Origin: Lytechinus pictus
Taxonomy: Eukaryota
Reading direction: 5' to 3'
DNA length: 64,000 bases
NCBI RefSeq assembly: GCF_037042905.1
Contig: NC_087245.1
Coordinates: forward strand, 15,502,001-15,566,000
Shown here: piece after piece, positions 1 to 12,025 of the stretch
How positions within the stretch are numbered: position 1 is the stretch's first letter
Layout of the letters: each line of letters opens with the position of its first letter
Notes under the pieces: generated by a model
What the model saw: the letters and a program-made list of their open reading frames with translations, nothing else
Databases searched by the model: none
Told to the model about the DNA's origin: nothing
Program-made: the position numbers and the translations under genes

Positions 1-246
1 TGACATTTCATTTACTTTTTACCATAATTATATCCGATATAGATGCTCGCAAAGGCCTACGCCGTCACAAATAATTATTTTTAAAATCTCACCTTTAATT
101 TTTTTTTGGTGGGGGATGGATTTTTCCTGAACGCATACCAATTTTTCAAATTATTTTTTCTGCTATTTTCATAATTAACTTTAAATAAATTCACCTATGC
201 ACTACTTAATTTTTTCAAAGACAAAATAACAAAATTACATCTAGTC

Positions 247-383
247 TTCATCATCACCATCATCACCAACTTCATTCTCATCATCATCACCACTACCACC
301 ATCATTATCATCATCATCATCATCATCACCGCCACCATCACCACCACCATCATCATCACCAAGATAATTTTCATCATCATCAT
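247..383. repeat. (CAT/CAC)n trinucleotide microsatellite
   Basis: Imperfect catcat/caccat run. It explains the Met/Val-rich ORF 195..383. Confidence 0.9.
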
Positions 384-2285
384 CTTTCTTTTTTTTTCTT
401 TTTTTTTCCCCTTCCCTTCTTCTTTTTTTCCTTCCTATTTTCCTCCCTTTTTAGAGGGGCACACCACCAAATAAAAATGTTTGTTGTTGTTGTATATAAG
501 TTGGCGGATGCCTCATGAAATGAAATAAAAGAGAAAATAAGGAAATGGAAAAAGTAAGAAGGATAAGAAGAAAAAAAGAAAGCCAAACAAACAAGACAAT
601 ATAATATCAAAATTTCGTAATAAAGTCAGTCAGTTTAATAATTATGTTTTCAATGAAATGAGACATAAAAGAATTGAAACAAGTAAAATGGGCTACATCA
701 TAGTTAAAAAAAATAGAGGGAAGCTCCGAGACAATAAAAAGTGTTAAAAAAATCAGAAAAGACTTTGAAACACTCTGAACACGAGTATAATATAAAAAAA
801 AATTGGGAATAAGCGAGGACAAGTAGCTGAGGGACCCCCCCCTCTCTCTCTAGTTATTTACTCAAACTCGCATAATATATACAAGAGAAGAAATTCTTAC
901 TAATCAAAATATTGCGAGCAAAAAGCATGAGCTGACATTTTTTTAAATATTCAAAACTGATAGAGAGACACATTTTGAACAATTCATGAAACATAATAAT
1001 CATTCATTATAGCTACCAATCGGATTGCGACAAGATCTGAGAATTAGAAATTCATTAAAAGCATAAAATTGTATAACATTAAAATAAGACGGGCGCAACG
1101 CATGAGCTAAAGCTTTATATACCAATTAAAAATTTTGACATTTTTAGCGCTTTCGGTAGTCATGAAAAAGATTCATATTTCATGAAAGCTCAAATCCCGA
1201 GGAGGAATATTTTTTATTAATTGACTTAAAAAAGGCTGTTCTAATACAGCCCCATTTAATATTTGATTACAAGTCTCGTTAAACAGTAAAAGAGGAAAAT
1301 ATAAAGCATATTGTGTTCCTCAATTCTCTTTCTCTTTAACCCTATTTTTTTTATTTTTATTTTTATTTTTATTTTTTTTTGGGGGGGAGGTATTTTGGTT
1401 AAAAAAAAGAGAAAAAACTATAATTGCTGGCTAGTGGGTGTATAGTGGTAGGGACACCCCGCCCCCACCCCCCCCCCCCCCCCGTAGTTACGCAAACATG
1501 GGACCAAATGATCCTACTTGTTCCAAGGCGAAACTTGTGCAATCAATTAAATGTTATTTTTGAGAAAATTAAAGCTTGCGCTGTTTAAATTCAATCTCTT
1601 TTACCTAAATTTGCGATAAATGCTAGCATTATGAAATATATAATTATCAACGTCTGGCGAAAAGAATAACCAACCGATCAGCTGACGAGAACGCGTATCA
1701 CGTGATCTGCATATCAGCTTCGATCGCGAGTCAGAAGTGAAGAGCAACTGGCAATAAAATCTGGAAAAAGTCGTCAAAATGTAAGTTCCCCTTCATTTCT
1801 TTCAATTTTTTTTAATTGCTAACAATGCTTTAACTTTCTTAAACAAAAATTTAATGAATAGACAGTACGATAGCTCGTACTTGTGTTATAATACACAAAT
1901 AATCATCTTCACAAAGATTTCCGACACAAAATACTACAGATGTCGCCTAGTATAAGTATGAGGTCCATACATGTAATGTTTGGACCTCATTGGTACTACT
2001 ACAGTATACCCAGTTGTTGTGTGTCCGGACAGGTTGTGTGTCCGGACGATCAGTTTTAGAAAGTCATTTGGAAAAATTTACAAGCAAAGTTTCATAAAAT
2101 GTTTAGTACGAAATGTTAGGTAATATTATAGAGAACAAAACAGAAGATGATTACAACTATTGAATTCGTATTTTTAGTGTAATCCAAAGACAAAAAAGAA
2201 GGCTTCAAAAATATTAAGTGTCCGGACACCCCACCCCCCATCCTACTAGGAGTGCTCTCTAGAAGCCTCCTGGCTAGGTAACCCC

Positions 2286-2733
2286 TAGACCAAAAGCTTC
2301 GGTCTCTGTTATGTTGGTTGTTCAGCTGAACTCCGTTGGCTTCACTCACCAAATACAGAGACCGAAGTTCTAGCGCGATCTGTACAGGGGACTCAATGGC
2401 CATATGTTTATGTACTTAAGATCGGATAAAACGGGGAAGTGAATTTGTGCGACAGCCGAGGTAAGTCATTGTTTTTTTTCCTTTTAACTTGATTTTTCTC
2501 TGTTTTTTTGCAATTAATGCCAAGAGGGAATATTAATTTGCATTTTGGTCGCGTTAATTTTCAAAATTTTTATTCATTAAAGACAAAAATTGAAGAGCCC
2601 CGACGGGGGGATTTTGCATTGCAAGTCCCCTAATGGTGGCTGCACGCTAGCGAGCCGTCTGTGTACGAGGAGAAATTAAAAAAAAAAAAAAAAGTTAAAA
2701 AACTCCTCGAAACAGACGGCTGCCAGCTGTCTA
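2286..2733 (+). mobile_element. Non-autonomous DNA transposon with TAGAC...GTCTA ends and 9-bp TSD (Academ/AcademH-like or Mutator-like)
   Basis: TSD ggtaacccc at 2277-2285 and 2734-2742. The first ~70 bp match the copies at 59940 and 61100. Internal 13-bp inverted repeat at 2297-2309/2355-2367. Confidence 0.8.
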
Positions 2734-2767
2734 GGTAACCCCCCCTCATGATGACCCCGCCCCCATC

Positions 2768-2940
2768 CATAGGCGGCGGAAGCGGGGGGGGGGGGGACAG
2801 GTCCCGCCCCCCAAATTTTTAGTTGATGACCTTTTTTTTTTTTTTTTTTGCTTGTCAAAATTTTTATTTGTCACTGTTTGTGTACATTACTAAATTTCAG
2901 GTGGACCCCCCCCTAAATTTTTTGGCTTCCGCCGCCAATG
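2768..2940. mobile_element. MITE with 8-bp TSD (hAT-like)
   Basis: TIRs cataggcggcggaagc...gcttccgccgccaatg. TSD cccccatc on both sides. Confidence 0.8.
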
Positions 2941-3039
2941 CCCCCATCCCTTCTGGGTTCCAATAATTTTAATGCTTTAGTATTAATATTAGCATCCTAC
3001 CACGTCATGTTACTTGTTACGTTAGTGTTATTGACTTAC

Positions 3040-3243
3040 GTCCACAACTGTGCCAGATGTGCGGTCTTTCCAGCAAAAGTGCATGAGCGTATCGTCGGGC
3101 TGGTGAAGGAAGACAAGACCCTTTCTCTTGTCGGGAGTCACAGTCGTTCCTTTCAATTCCATTTTACCAGCTCGAAATTCCACCAGATTTTTACTGGATG
3201 GACGACCTCCGGTAGCGGAACTTCCAAATAATGCTCCAGACAT
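3040..3243 (-). CDS. ADRM1: Proteasomal ubiquitin receptor ADRM1/Rpn13, first coding exon (start of Pru domain); later exons not found in the window
   Basis: [68 protein letters not shown] closely matches the animal ADRM1 N-terminus (LVEFRAGKM...[10 protein letters not shown]...[10 protein letters not shown]). 68 codons, then a phase-0 GTAAGT donor at 3039. Confidence 0.95.
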
Positions 3244-3587
3244 GATTGACTTGGTTACAACAAGGCAAATATATTCACGTAAACTGTAAAAATTACGGCA
3301 GATCTCACTGATGATGAGAATTTGTAAGTGACAATGCGAAATTTCGATAAATGTGGTGTTTTTGATGGGCCAATGAAAAAGGAAAACACGGAGTTCTCGT
3401 GTTAACCCATCTCGTCGTTATCTTGAATTACATTTCTTATGTTTGAACCCTTTTCAAATTCCATCCATGTAAGAACAGAATCGTCGAAATAATGAATATC
3501 AAAAAGTAATATGTACCTTACACTTACAGGCCTTGTCATATTTCATCTGTAAAGAGAGGGAGAGAGAGAGAGAGAGAGAGCGGAGAG

Positions 3588-4147
3588 CCCGGGGGGGCCA
3601 CTTACATTGGCGAGTGGATACCATGCGCGACCAAAAAAACACGTAAAAAGGATGTCTTTTTCAAGATAGGGCACGTTACGTACGTAACGTAATAAGGGTG
3701 TCAAAAACACTAAAATAATGAAAAAACGGTATCTATTTTTGCTAGGAAAGCTTCGTGTTTAGGGTCAAATTTGCGAGGGTGTAAAAAAATTAAGACTAAA
3801 ATGTTTTATAAAGGATGTACTTTTTGCCCCAAGAGTCAACACTGTTTAGAGTATGATTTTGCGCGAGATGTGCAGGGGCTGTACTAAACCCAATCAGGTA
3901 AAACCGACGACAGTGCACATAACAATAAAAGTATCGTTGTACTTGTTTAGGGGGTCAATTCAGGGAATACTTGCCAAGAGTATTGTTTTGTTTCCAATAC
4001 TTGTTAAGAGTAGGGTTTCACACACCAATACTTGTTAAGGGGTGCATTTTCAGAATATGGAAAATACGTGTTTAGGGTGCTTTTCGAGACCCCATGGTCG
4101 CGCATGGTATCCACTCGTCAATGGAAGTGGCCCCCCCCCCCCCGAGG
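3588..4147. mobile_element. MITE with CCCGGGG termini and 8-bp TSD
   Basis: ~45-bp TIRs (ccacttacattggcgagtggataccatgcgcgacc / ggtcgcgcatggtatccactcgtcaatggaagtgg). TSD gcggagag. Confidence 0.85.
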
Positions 4148-4686
4148 GCGGAGAGTAACAAGTGGAACACCTCTGGCAGTCTCGACTGCATTACGCGATT
4201 CGAAGCAGTGCTGACTTTGAAAACAGCTATTGAATAATTATTCACAAAAGAAACATTCATATGATAATAAAATATATAGGTCCTTTGACCATGATGATGT
4301 GACCTATGACGTGTGAAAAACAATCATTCATATTTGATTACCCCTACGTCTATGTTTCATGAAGTAGATCCATAAAATTTCAACAAAATACAGATAAGGT
4401 GAAGAACTGACTTGGGTCCAGTCTCACCATTCCCTTGAGAATTTTGAACACTGTTATGGCATCACCTCTCCTTCTCCAATAGTGTAGGGATACATGGTTG
4501 CTCTTATGTTTAAGATTCATGAACTAGATCCATAAACTTCTAAAGTTATGATGAAAATTACACAAATAGGTCCTACCCCAACATTACCAAAGTTCGTCAA
4601 CCTATAACCTTGGTCTTGTGACCTGAAACTCGTACAGGATATTTAGAGATACTTGATTGCTTTTATTTCCAAGTTTCATGAACTAG

Positions 4687-4787
4687 CACTGGCGTAAATC
4701 CTTGCGTCACACCTGTTGTTCAGGGGGGATGATCTATTGTTCCGTCCCCCCTGAACAATAGGTGTGACGCAATGATTTACGCCAGTG
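4687..4787. mobile_element. 101-bp hairpin mini-MITE with 8-bp TSD (hAT-like)
   Basis: Near-perfect fold-back cactggcgtaaatc...gatttacgccagtg. TSD tgaactag. Confidence 0.9.
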
Positions 4788-4911
4788 TGAACTAGATCTA
4801 TAAAATTTCAAAGTTATGATGACAATTTCCACAAATGGCATAGCAAAAGTTCTTTGACCATATTGACCTTTGTCATGTGACCCGAAATTCAGTTAGGATC
4901 TTTAGAGATAC

Positions 4912-6616
4912 CACTGGCGTAAATCCGTGTTGATGGGTGGGGGATGACTGAAATATTTTGGGTTTTTTTTTGCAATCATGTTTTTAGATATGCAAGGAAT
5001 TGTCATTGATATGTCCACAGTGGCGTACCGTGGGTCACGGCATTGGGGAGGGGGGCACCAGCAAAATGTTTGAATCACTGAATGAGCGCGCTCAGTTGCC
5101 AGTTATACTGACCTAATAGATACATTTTCTGGACAATATCATTAAACGGATATGCATCTCACTGATCAAATAATGCGAGCGCGAAGCGCGAGCTGAATTT
5201 TTTAAAATTCACACCTAAAAAGAGACATTATAATCAAATTTGTGTAATCATGATAGGTACCTGTCTCGCTAAACAATACGAGTGCGAAGCGCGAGCTGAA
5301 GTTTTCGTATATTTTGACCCCAAACAGCGAGATTTTGAGGAATATATTTTAGGAATCCATTAAGAGTATGCACATCTCACCATCATGACCATATTCATCT
5401 AATGCGAGTGCCAAGCGCTTGCTGGTTTATAAGAATTACATCTGAACACATGAAACACTTTTTGTAGTCATTGCAATCATGATCATCATACGCATCTCAC
5501 TAATCAAATATTGCGAGCGCGAAGCGCGAGCTGAAAATTCAGATAATTCAGACCTGAAGTGGGGCATTCTAAGGTTTCTTTGTAGGAATTAACCAGGACC
5601 ATACGTATTTCAATATCCAAATGATGTGAGCGCGAAGCGCGAGCTGAAAATTTTTGATATTTAGATCAGAAGAAGGGACATTTTAAGGACTGATTTTAGG
5701 AATTCATGAAGAGCAGACATATCTCACCAATCCACTAATGCGAACGTAATCACGGACAGGAAATGTTTCATATATACGAAGACCTTAACATGGGGTAATC
5801 ACTTTTTGAGTCATGAAAAAGAAGCATATGTCACTACATAAAACAATGATAACTCAAGTGCTAGGAAATATATTTGGTTTATATTGACTTGAAAACGGGA
5901 TGTTTCAGTACAACATGATTATATATCTCGTTAACAGACAATGCAAGCACCAGGAACAATGAAGACGTAGGCCCTGGGCAAATTTTGTTTCATGAAGTTA
6001 TGATAAAAAAGTTTCTTATGTAATGTAACATAACATAATTATAATATAACATTATAATGAATAATATTTTCTTCTTTCCCACTATACGCTTCTCTTCCTT
6101 TCTCCCTCTTTTCTCCTTTTCCCCTTTTCCCCGTTTTTTATTGTCAGCCGATGGGGGGGCATGTGCCCCCATGCCCCCCCCCGTAGTTACGCCACTGTAT
6201 GTCCATATGGCAAATACCCCTCCAATATTATTATCTTTTTTACCCCATGATGGTTTAATGGTTTTATTAGAGATTACATTAAAAAAGAATTGACATTCCA
6301 TCTTAATCCCTTCCCAAAGACCCCAACATTGATGAATTGGAAGAAACGGGAGTTTCTCTTCAATGTTATAATAAGGACATAAGTATTTCGTTTGGAAATT
6401 GTGAACTGGCTCTTTATTTGCATTTTATGATTCAATAATATTGTTTTATTTGTTAAGCGGTATTTCAGGAAGAATTTTCACCAATAAAACAATTATCTCT
6501 TGTGATTTTTTTTTCATTTCTTTCGTAAAAAGTGGGGGGATGTTTGTACAGGCCACCCCCCCTCCTCGAAAAGTGGGGGGATATATCCCCCCACCCCCCC
6601 GGGATTTACGCCAGTG
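4912..6616. mobile_element. hAT-like MITE (cactggcgtaaatcc TIR) containing a nested element
   Basis: TIRs cactggcgtaaatcc / ggatttacgccagtg. TSD agagatac. Confidence 0.85.
5018..6197 (+). mobile_element. ~1.2-kb hAT-like MITE (cagtggcgta TIR; internal gcgagcgcgaagcgcgagctg repeats)
   Basis: TSD tatgtcca. Sister copies at 17480-18609 and 37027-38219, and a partial copy at ~38730-40958. Confidence 0.9.
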
Positions 6617-7208
6617 AGAGATACACCCTTATCCTTATGTCTAAGTTTCATGAACTAGGTCCATATACTTTCTGAGTTATGACGATATTTCAAAAACTTA
6701 ACTTTATTGGTAAAGATTTCGATGTTGATTCCCCCAACATGATCTTGACCCTAACAGGTAGGCCTTCTTTACAAAAAATGACCTTTGACCTTGGTCATGT
6801 GACCTATGTGACCTGAAACTCTAGCAGGATGTTCAATGATACTTGATTACCCTTATTTCCAAGTTTCATGAAATAGGTTCATACACTTTCTAAGTTATGA
6901 TGACATGTCATTATCTTAATCTTATACATGTATAGTTGGTTAAGATTTCAATGTTGACGACACCCCCGCCGTCGGAAAAGCGGCGCCTATAGTCTCGAAT
7001 GAAATGCCAGAACATGCATCGAGTAGACAGTAAAGGCTATCACGGTGCAGTATTGAGCCTATTACTTATTGATCACATTAAAAAAAGGGACATATCAAGA
7101 AAAGGCAAAGTACATTATGTTATATGAAGGAAAATAATTCGATATCATATAAGCTTGATCTCATGCATGGTTACATCGTATTGAAAGTTATTATTATTAT
7201 TGCCTATA

Positions 7209-7763
7209 CAGTGCGTATCAAAAAAAAATTTACACTTTGAAAAAGCCCTGGGAATTAAAAAAAAAAATACAACATGTGGGTAATTTCTTCACATATAATC
7301 TTGGGTTTGGGTCTCATCTATCCAATGAAAGTAAAAGTTTTGGCAGAATGTTACACTTGAGTGAGCACTGTCCATTTTTGTAAAGCTCGCAGAAATCTGT
7401 TTGCGCAGAAATGCTCGTTTTCACGCTGTGTCAAGGGGAAAGGGCGACATCAAACTTACCCTGCGAAACATTTCTCTTACATTTCCCTTGCACTCTAAGT
7501 CAATTGAATTAAAATGGATACATTCAAGCATTTTGTAACAACTTTGCCACCCAAATTGAAATTTCAACACTTAGTAAACACAACATTTACCCTTTTTGTG
7601 CCAGCTGGATCTGAGGACATAACTGAATCTGAACAAAAGTTTATATCAGACATCTCCAGCATTTTTCACTAAGTTTGTGTCATTTAAAGTGGGTTTACAT
7701 TTCATTTTTCATTTAATACTTGTTTCTTCACACTTTGTGTAAACTTTATTTTGATACGCACTG
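7209..7763. mobile_element. Tc1/mariner-like MITE (TA TSD)
   Basis: ta|cagtgcgtatcaaaa...ttttgatacgcactg|ta. Related copy in opposite orientation at 38802-39642. Confidence 0.8.
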
Positions 7764-10440
7764 TATAGAAACGTCCTCTCTTCGTCCCCTCGTTCACCCA
7801 GCCACTCTCTCTCTCTCTCTTGCTCCATTTTGCTATTTTAAAATGTTTTCTCCACTTGGGAACCCCTTTTCGACTCAATAATTCAATAGTTGAATAATTG
7901 AATATGTTATCTATTATTCTCAACTATATTCCAATTTCCAATACCCTTCTTCCCCCCTCTCTCACCCTCCTCTCCCTCTCATGATCTCTCCCTACCCCCT
8001 CCCCCCTCCAGCCTCTGATCTCTCTCAGTCTTTTCCTATCGTCTTCCCTTTATATATATTTTTTTTCTTAAAAGTAATTTTTTCCGGGGGGGGGGGTGAC
8101 AAGACGCATCTAAACAAAAATCGAAGATGGAGATGCTTATGTATTTCTCAAATGAAACTACATTTCGTGCACACTTTTGGTGAATTTTGTGAAAATGAAA
8201 TTTGCAAGTTTTCAGGGAGAGGGGTGGGAGTGAGAAAACTGCCCCCCCCCCCCCCCGCTGTGTAAGGCGCCATGTACTATTGATAATAACACACCTGACT
8301 CGAAACATGCCTTGGTTATATAATGATTTATTCTTTCATTAACATCACAATTACAAAATGCGATCCTATTACTTTGTACACATTATGGAGGGGGGGGGGG
8401 GGCTTGGGGGTACTGGACACAAAATGATTCACACAAAAAATAAAGAAAGAAAATGACAGAAAACTTTAATAAAATTTGTTTCATTTTTCGGGATATTATG
8501 TTCAAATCTAATACAAAGTAACATCTGCATTTTGAACAGGTATTTTTTTTCTCTCGCTCGTTTTTAGAAAACTTTGCACCATCTGCCATTTTGTGCCCCT
8601 CATTTTTTGTTTGTTGATTACGCTTCTGTCTATTTGAAACGAACGGTTCCGGAAAGGACAGTCCCTCGAACACTATATCCTCCTGACAACCCATCATGAA
8701 ACGTCCCCCGGGGACATCTGTCCATTACATCACGACTGATAATTATTGTATATGAAAAGGAAAGTATATCCTTGTTACAGAAGACCATGCATGTATGATT
8801 GGAAAAAAAAATGGTCCTTACGTTCGCATTACATAATTAAGCAAATGGCGGCAATTTCTTTTCAAAGGGGTGAAGTGCATTAGCATGGGAGGGAGCTGAT
8901 TGTCAGAGCGATATTTTTCAAGAGCAAAAAGGATGACATCTTCCACTCCCTAAATATTAATTCCATTTACTTAAAAGATCAAGAGTGTTTTTTTAATGCG
9001 TGATACAGAAAAATATTTTCACAGAAGGAAACTCAGATATTTCAAATCATTATATAATGGTATACAACAGGGTCATGAGATATTTGTTTAGATCGTACGA
9101 ATCTATTCAGTGTGCATGGCATCACAATGCTTAAAATGACAAAATTTTACATTCTATAAACACAATTTGCCCCTGAAAATTCCTATGAATGACATTTTTA
9201 TGCATTGAATCAAGAAAGTATGCTTATAAGTGACAATTATGAATTGTACGATTCCAAAAACTATATACTTGGTTATTTTGATCTCTATTTCATAAAATTG
9301 CGTAAAATACGTGGGGGTCCTGTTCACCTGTGGGGAGATGGAAGCGGTTTGGATGAAAATAAAACCGATGCTTCAGGGAAAATGTATAGTGATGAGTTCC
9401 TATTGTCGTTCATCTAAACTGTTCCATCAACATTTCCATATGTTTAAAGATTATACTACACTTAAAATAACACATTGACATGACAATATCACACCTATTA
9501 ATGACTGTTATTTCAAATGTTGTTATTACCTCAGCTCTAGATGTTACCTGCTTTCCGTTTTGCAATCTTTTCCATTTCATTTGCATCAAAGTAATCAATA
9601 TCGCGATAAATAAATATTTATTCATTCACGCAAACAAAGAGTGTTCCTCTGGAGGGCGAAGTTTGTCTACATCAAAATTATTTTGCGCTTATAATCTAAT
9701 CTTATACTAGTATACCTTGCTTTCGGTTTAGGGACTACTCCATTATTTCATGTGCTATTTCAAATTATAAAAAAATTATATAGTGGTCAAATATCAACTG
9801 TTTCATTCTCATCTAAAATCATTTTTGATGTTGAAAAAAGGATTAACTATAAAAAAGTCTTTTTGTCTTTTGCGATTTTACTTTTAGACTTGCATATCCG
9901 GAGCAGAATCTTTTGTTTAAAAATCATAACTGAATTTTTAAAACCACTGTGAATTGAAAGATAACAATTCAAGTTATGTTGTTCAGTTGAATTCCCGACT
10001 CTGAATCTATTATTGAAACGCATTATTATATTCTTTGCTTCTCTCCAGTGGTTGTTGTTTTATATATACATAGAAATAAATATTCGTTATATATATATAT
10101 TTTAGATTAATAAAGCTTATCCTTCAGACATGCCTAGAAAATAGGTTTCAAAGATTTATAAGCGTATTATTTATTGTTAGATAATCGAGAAAAGAAAGGA
10201 AACCTTTGTTTCGCATATCAAGATATACTGCAGTCTACATGGTGGTCTATGCACGGTTACAGAAATTTAAAAAAAATTCAATTTTCAATAAATTACAATT
10301 TATCTGACTGCTTGATAATATAATATTAAGATAAAACATTACCAAAATTGTGTTCAAGAACATCTTACATATTACGAAATACCATGCGGACATTACTATC
10401 ATATATACAGTGTAGTAGATTCTTTTTCCATGTGGTGATG

Positions 10441-12025
10441 GCATCATCGATTATTGGTTCTTGTTTCCTATGAAAAAAAGAGAGAATATTTTGAAAATAC
10501 GATTAATATGTTGACAGTGTTAAGTATTGTATAAACATAATGATTTCGATAGATTTATGACATAAAATGGGATTTCCGAGAAAGCTCTGCTGATTTTGAT
10601 TGTTTCATGTTTTTTTTTTATTTCGGGAAAAGGGCTACAACCCTCTTCGAATTTTCATAATCATATCGTTTTTTTAGCTTGGTGTATAATGCAATTGCTA
10701 ATCGCATTATGTTTACTTTTTATGTCTGACTCCAACTCTCTCAATGTTCATTTACTATATAAAATATATTGCTTGCCTGCTTGAAAACTTGACACCTTAC
10801 TCTTTTCATTCCTTCAGCTATATTCAAGCAGCCCAACACCAAGATTTTTTATACCGCAATAAAGCTACGTATTCAACCAGAAAACTCGACTCCAAAAAGG
10901 AAAGCTATATTTCGAATGGTATTTCATCAGTTTAGTTTGAAGGTGATTTTCGTTTATAACATGAACCTATTCTTATAAGCATTTCAATGTGAGAAAAGAA
11001 ATAAATATAATCCAATTTTCCCCATCACTCATCAGTAGGCCAAAGCAAATGGAATTATCATAGAGAACGATAAATTGTCCTTCTTGGTTCTTTTCGCAAC
11101 CCGTCTCCGATTATGTCTGAAAGGGATCTGCGCCGGCTTTGAGTCTTTGGAGGCGGACACACTGTAAAAAAATATTGGGTAAAATTTTTACAACCACGAG
11201 GCTAATTATGTGTCCAACCGATTTGGGGCAGGGAATGCTTACCTGCTTTATTCCCGGCTTTATTCTCTTCGACCTGCTGAGGCTTCTGACCACGTTGGTC
11301 AGGTTGTTCACCCATCTCCGAAATACCTCGCGCATGTCGCCGGCCTTCACATTCGTCATGTTGGTCTTCACGCTGGGAGTCATCGATACCTAGAATGAGC
11401 AAAATCACAAATACATTTAAAATAATTTTGATACTTTTTTTCTACTAAATATGTCAAAAAATTTGCTCGTCCGCATCTCTCGCTTGCTTTCAAGTGTTTA
11501 ATGCTCATGTGCCATTGAGGTCACTTGCAGAAAGTGCTCCCATGTAGCCTTATTATAGCTGTTATCAAGCATTTGGGTTTATGCGATATGAGGAGACTAC
11601 CCAAGCAAACGACAGTTTACTTGGAAAAATGTATCTTTAGATTTGACATCACGCCTTGATTGATTACCGGTACTGGCTGGTGAGTGAGATTTTGAAAGCA
11701 AAAATAAGTATGTGTGATATACGCCCATCTGTACCTAATTGTGACACAACGCCATCTTTTTAAAGGTTTGATAGGTAAAATTGAGAAAGGTCCAGGAGGT
11801 TCTGGAAATTAAACACGCATATTTTTTAGGATGATGACTTGTGTATCATCATCATCATCACCATCATCATCATCACCATCATCATCATCACCATCATTAT
11901 CATCATCATCATCATCATCATCACTTCGAGAACGGTATCTACTCCGTCGGCTTACCGTTTGCCTGTGTTGTTTGGAAGAATCCAATCAGTAGCAGTATCA
12001 GAGTACACGTGATTAGGGAAGACAT
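10441..12025 (-). CDS. Small secreted peptide precursor (orphan), 77 or 91 aa depending on the terminal exon
   Basis: Exon 11956-12025 encodes MSSLITCTLILLLIGFFQTTQAN (signal-peptide-like; phase-1 GTAAGC donor). Exon 11243-11389 (147 nt, phase 1-1) encodes GIDDSQREDQHDECEGRRHARGISEMGEQPDQRGQKPQQVEENKAGNKA. The terminal exon is either 11058-11116 (DIIGDGLRKEPRRTIYRSL*) or one starting at ~10477 (GNKNQ*). Confidence 0.6.
11845..11923. repeat. (CAT)n microsatellite in an intron
   Basis: ~26 cat/cac triplets. Source of the spurious poly-His ORF. Confidence 0.9.

Larger units (their letters stand above)
4157..6998 (+). mobile_element. Helentron/DINE-like non-autonomous host element with gacctttgacc internal repeats, carrying nested MITEs
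   Basis: Starts aacaag..., with agtctcg motifs near both ends. The repeated gacctttgaccttggtcatgtgacc...aagtttcatgaactag units resume after each nested insertion. Confidence 0.5.

Noticed and set aside
195..610. Met/Val-rich and Phe/Lys-rich ORFs
   Set aside because: These are translations of microsatellite and low-complexity TE sequence.
1..3039. Further ADRM1 exons (expected DLIIFP...)
   Set aside because: No such coding segment was found. The intron evidently extends beyond the window start.
11111..11383. 90-aa ORF MTPSVKTN... as the coding frame
   Set aside because: The upstream signal-peptide exon ends in phase 1, which selects the GIDDSQ frame.
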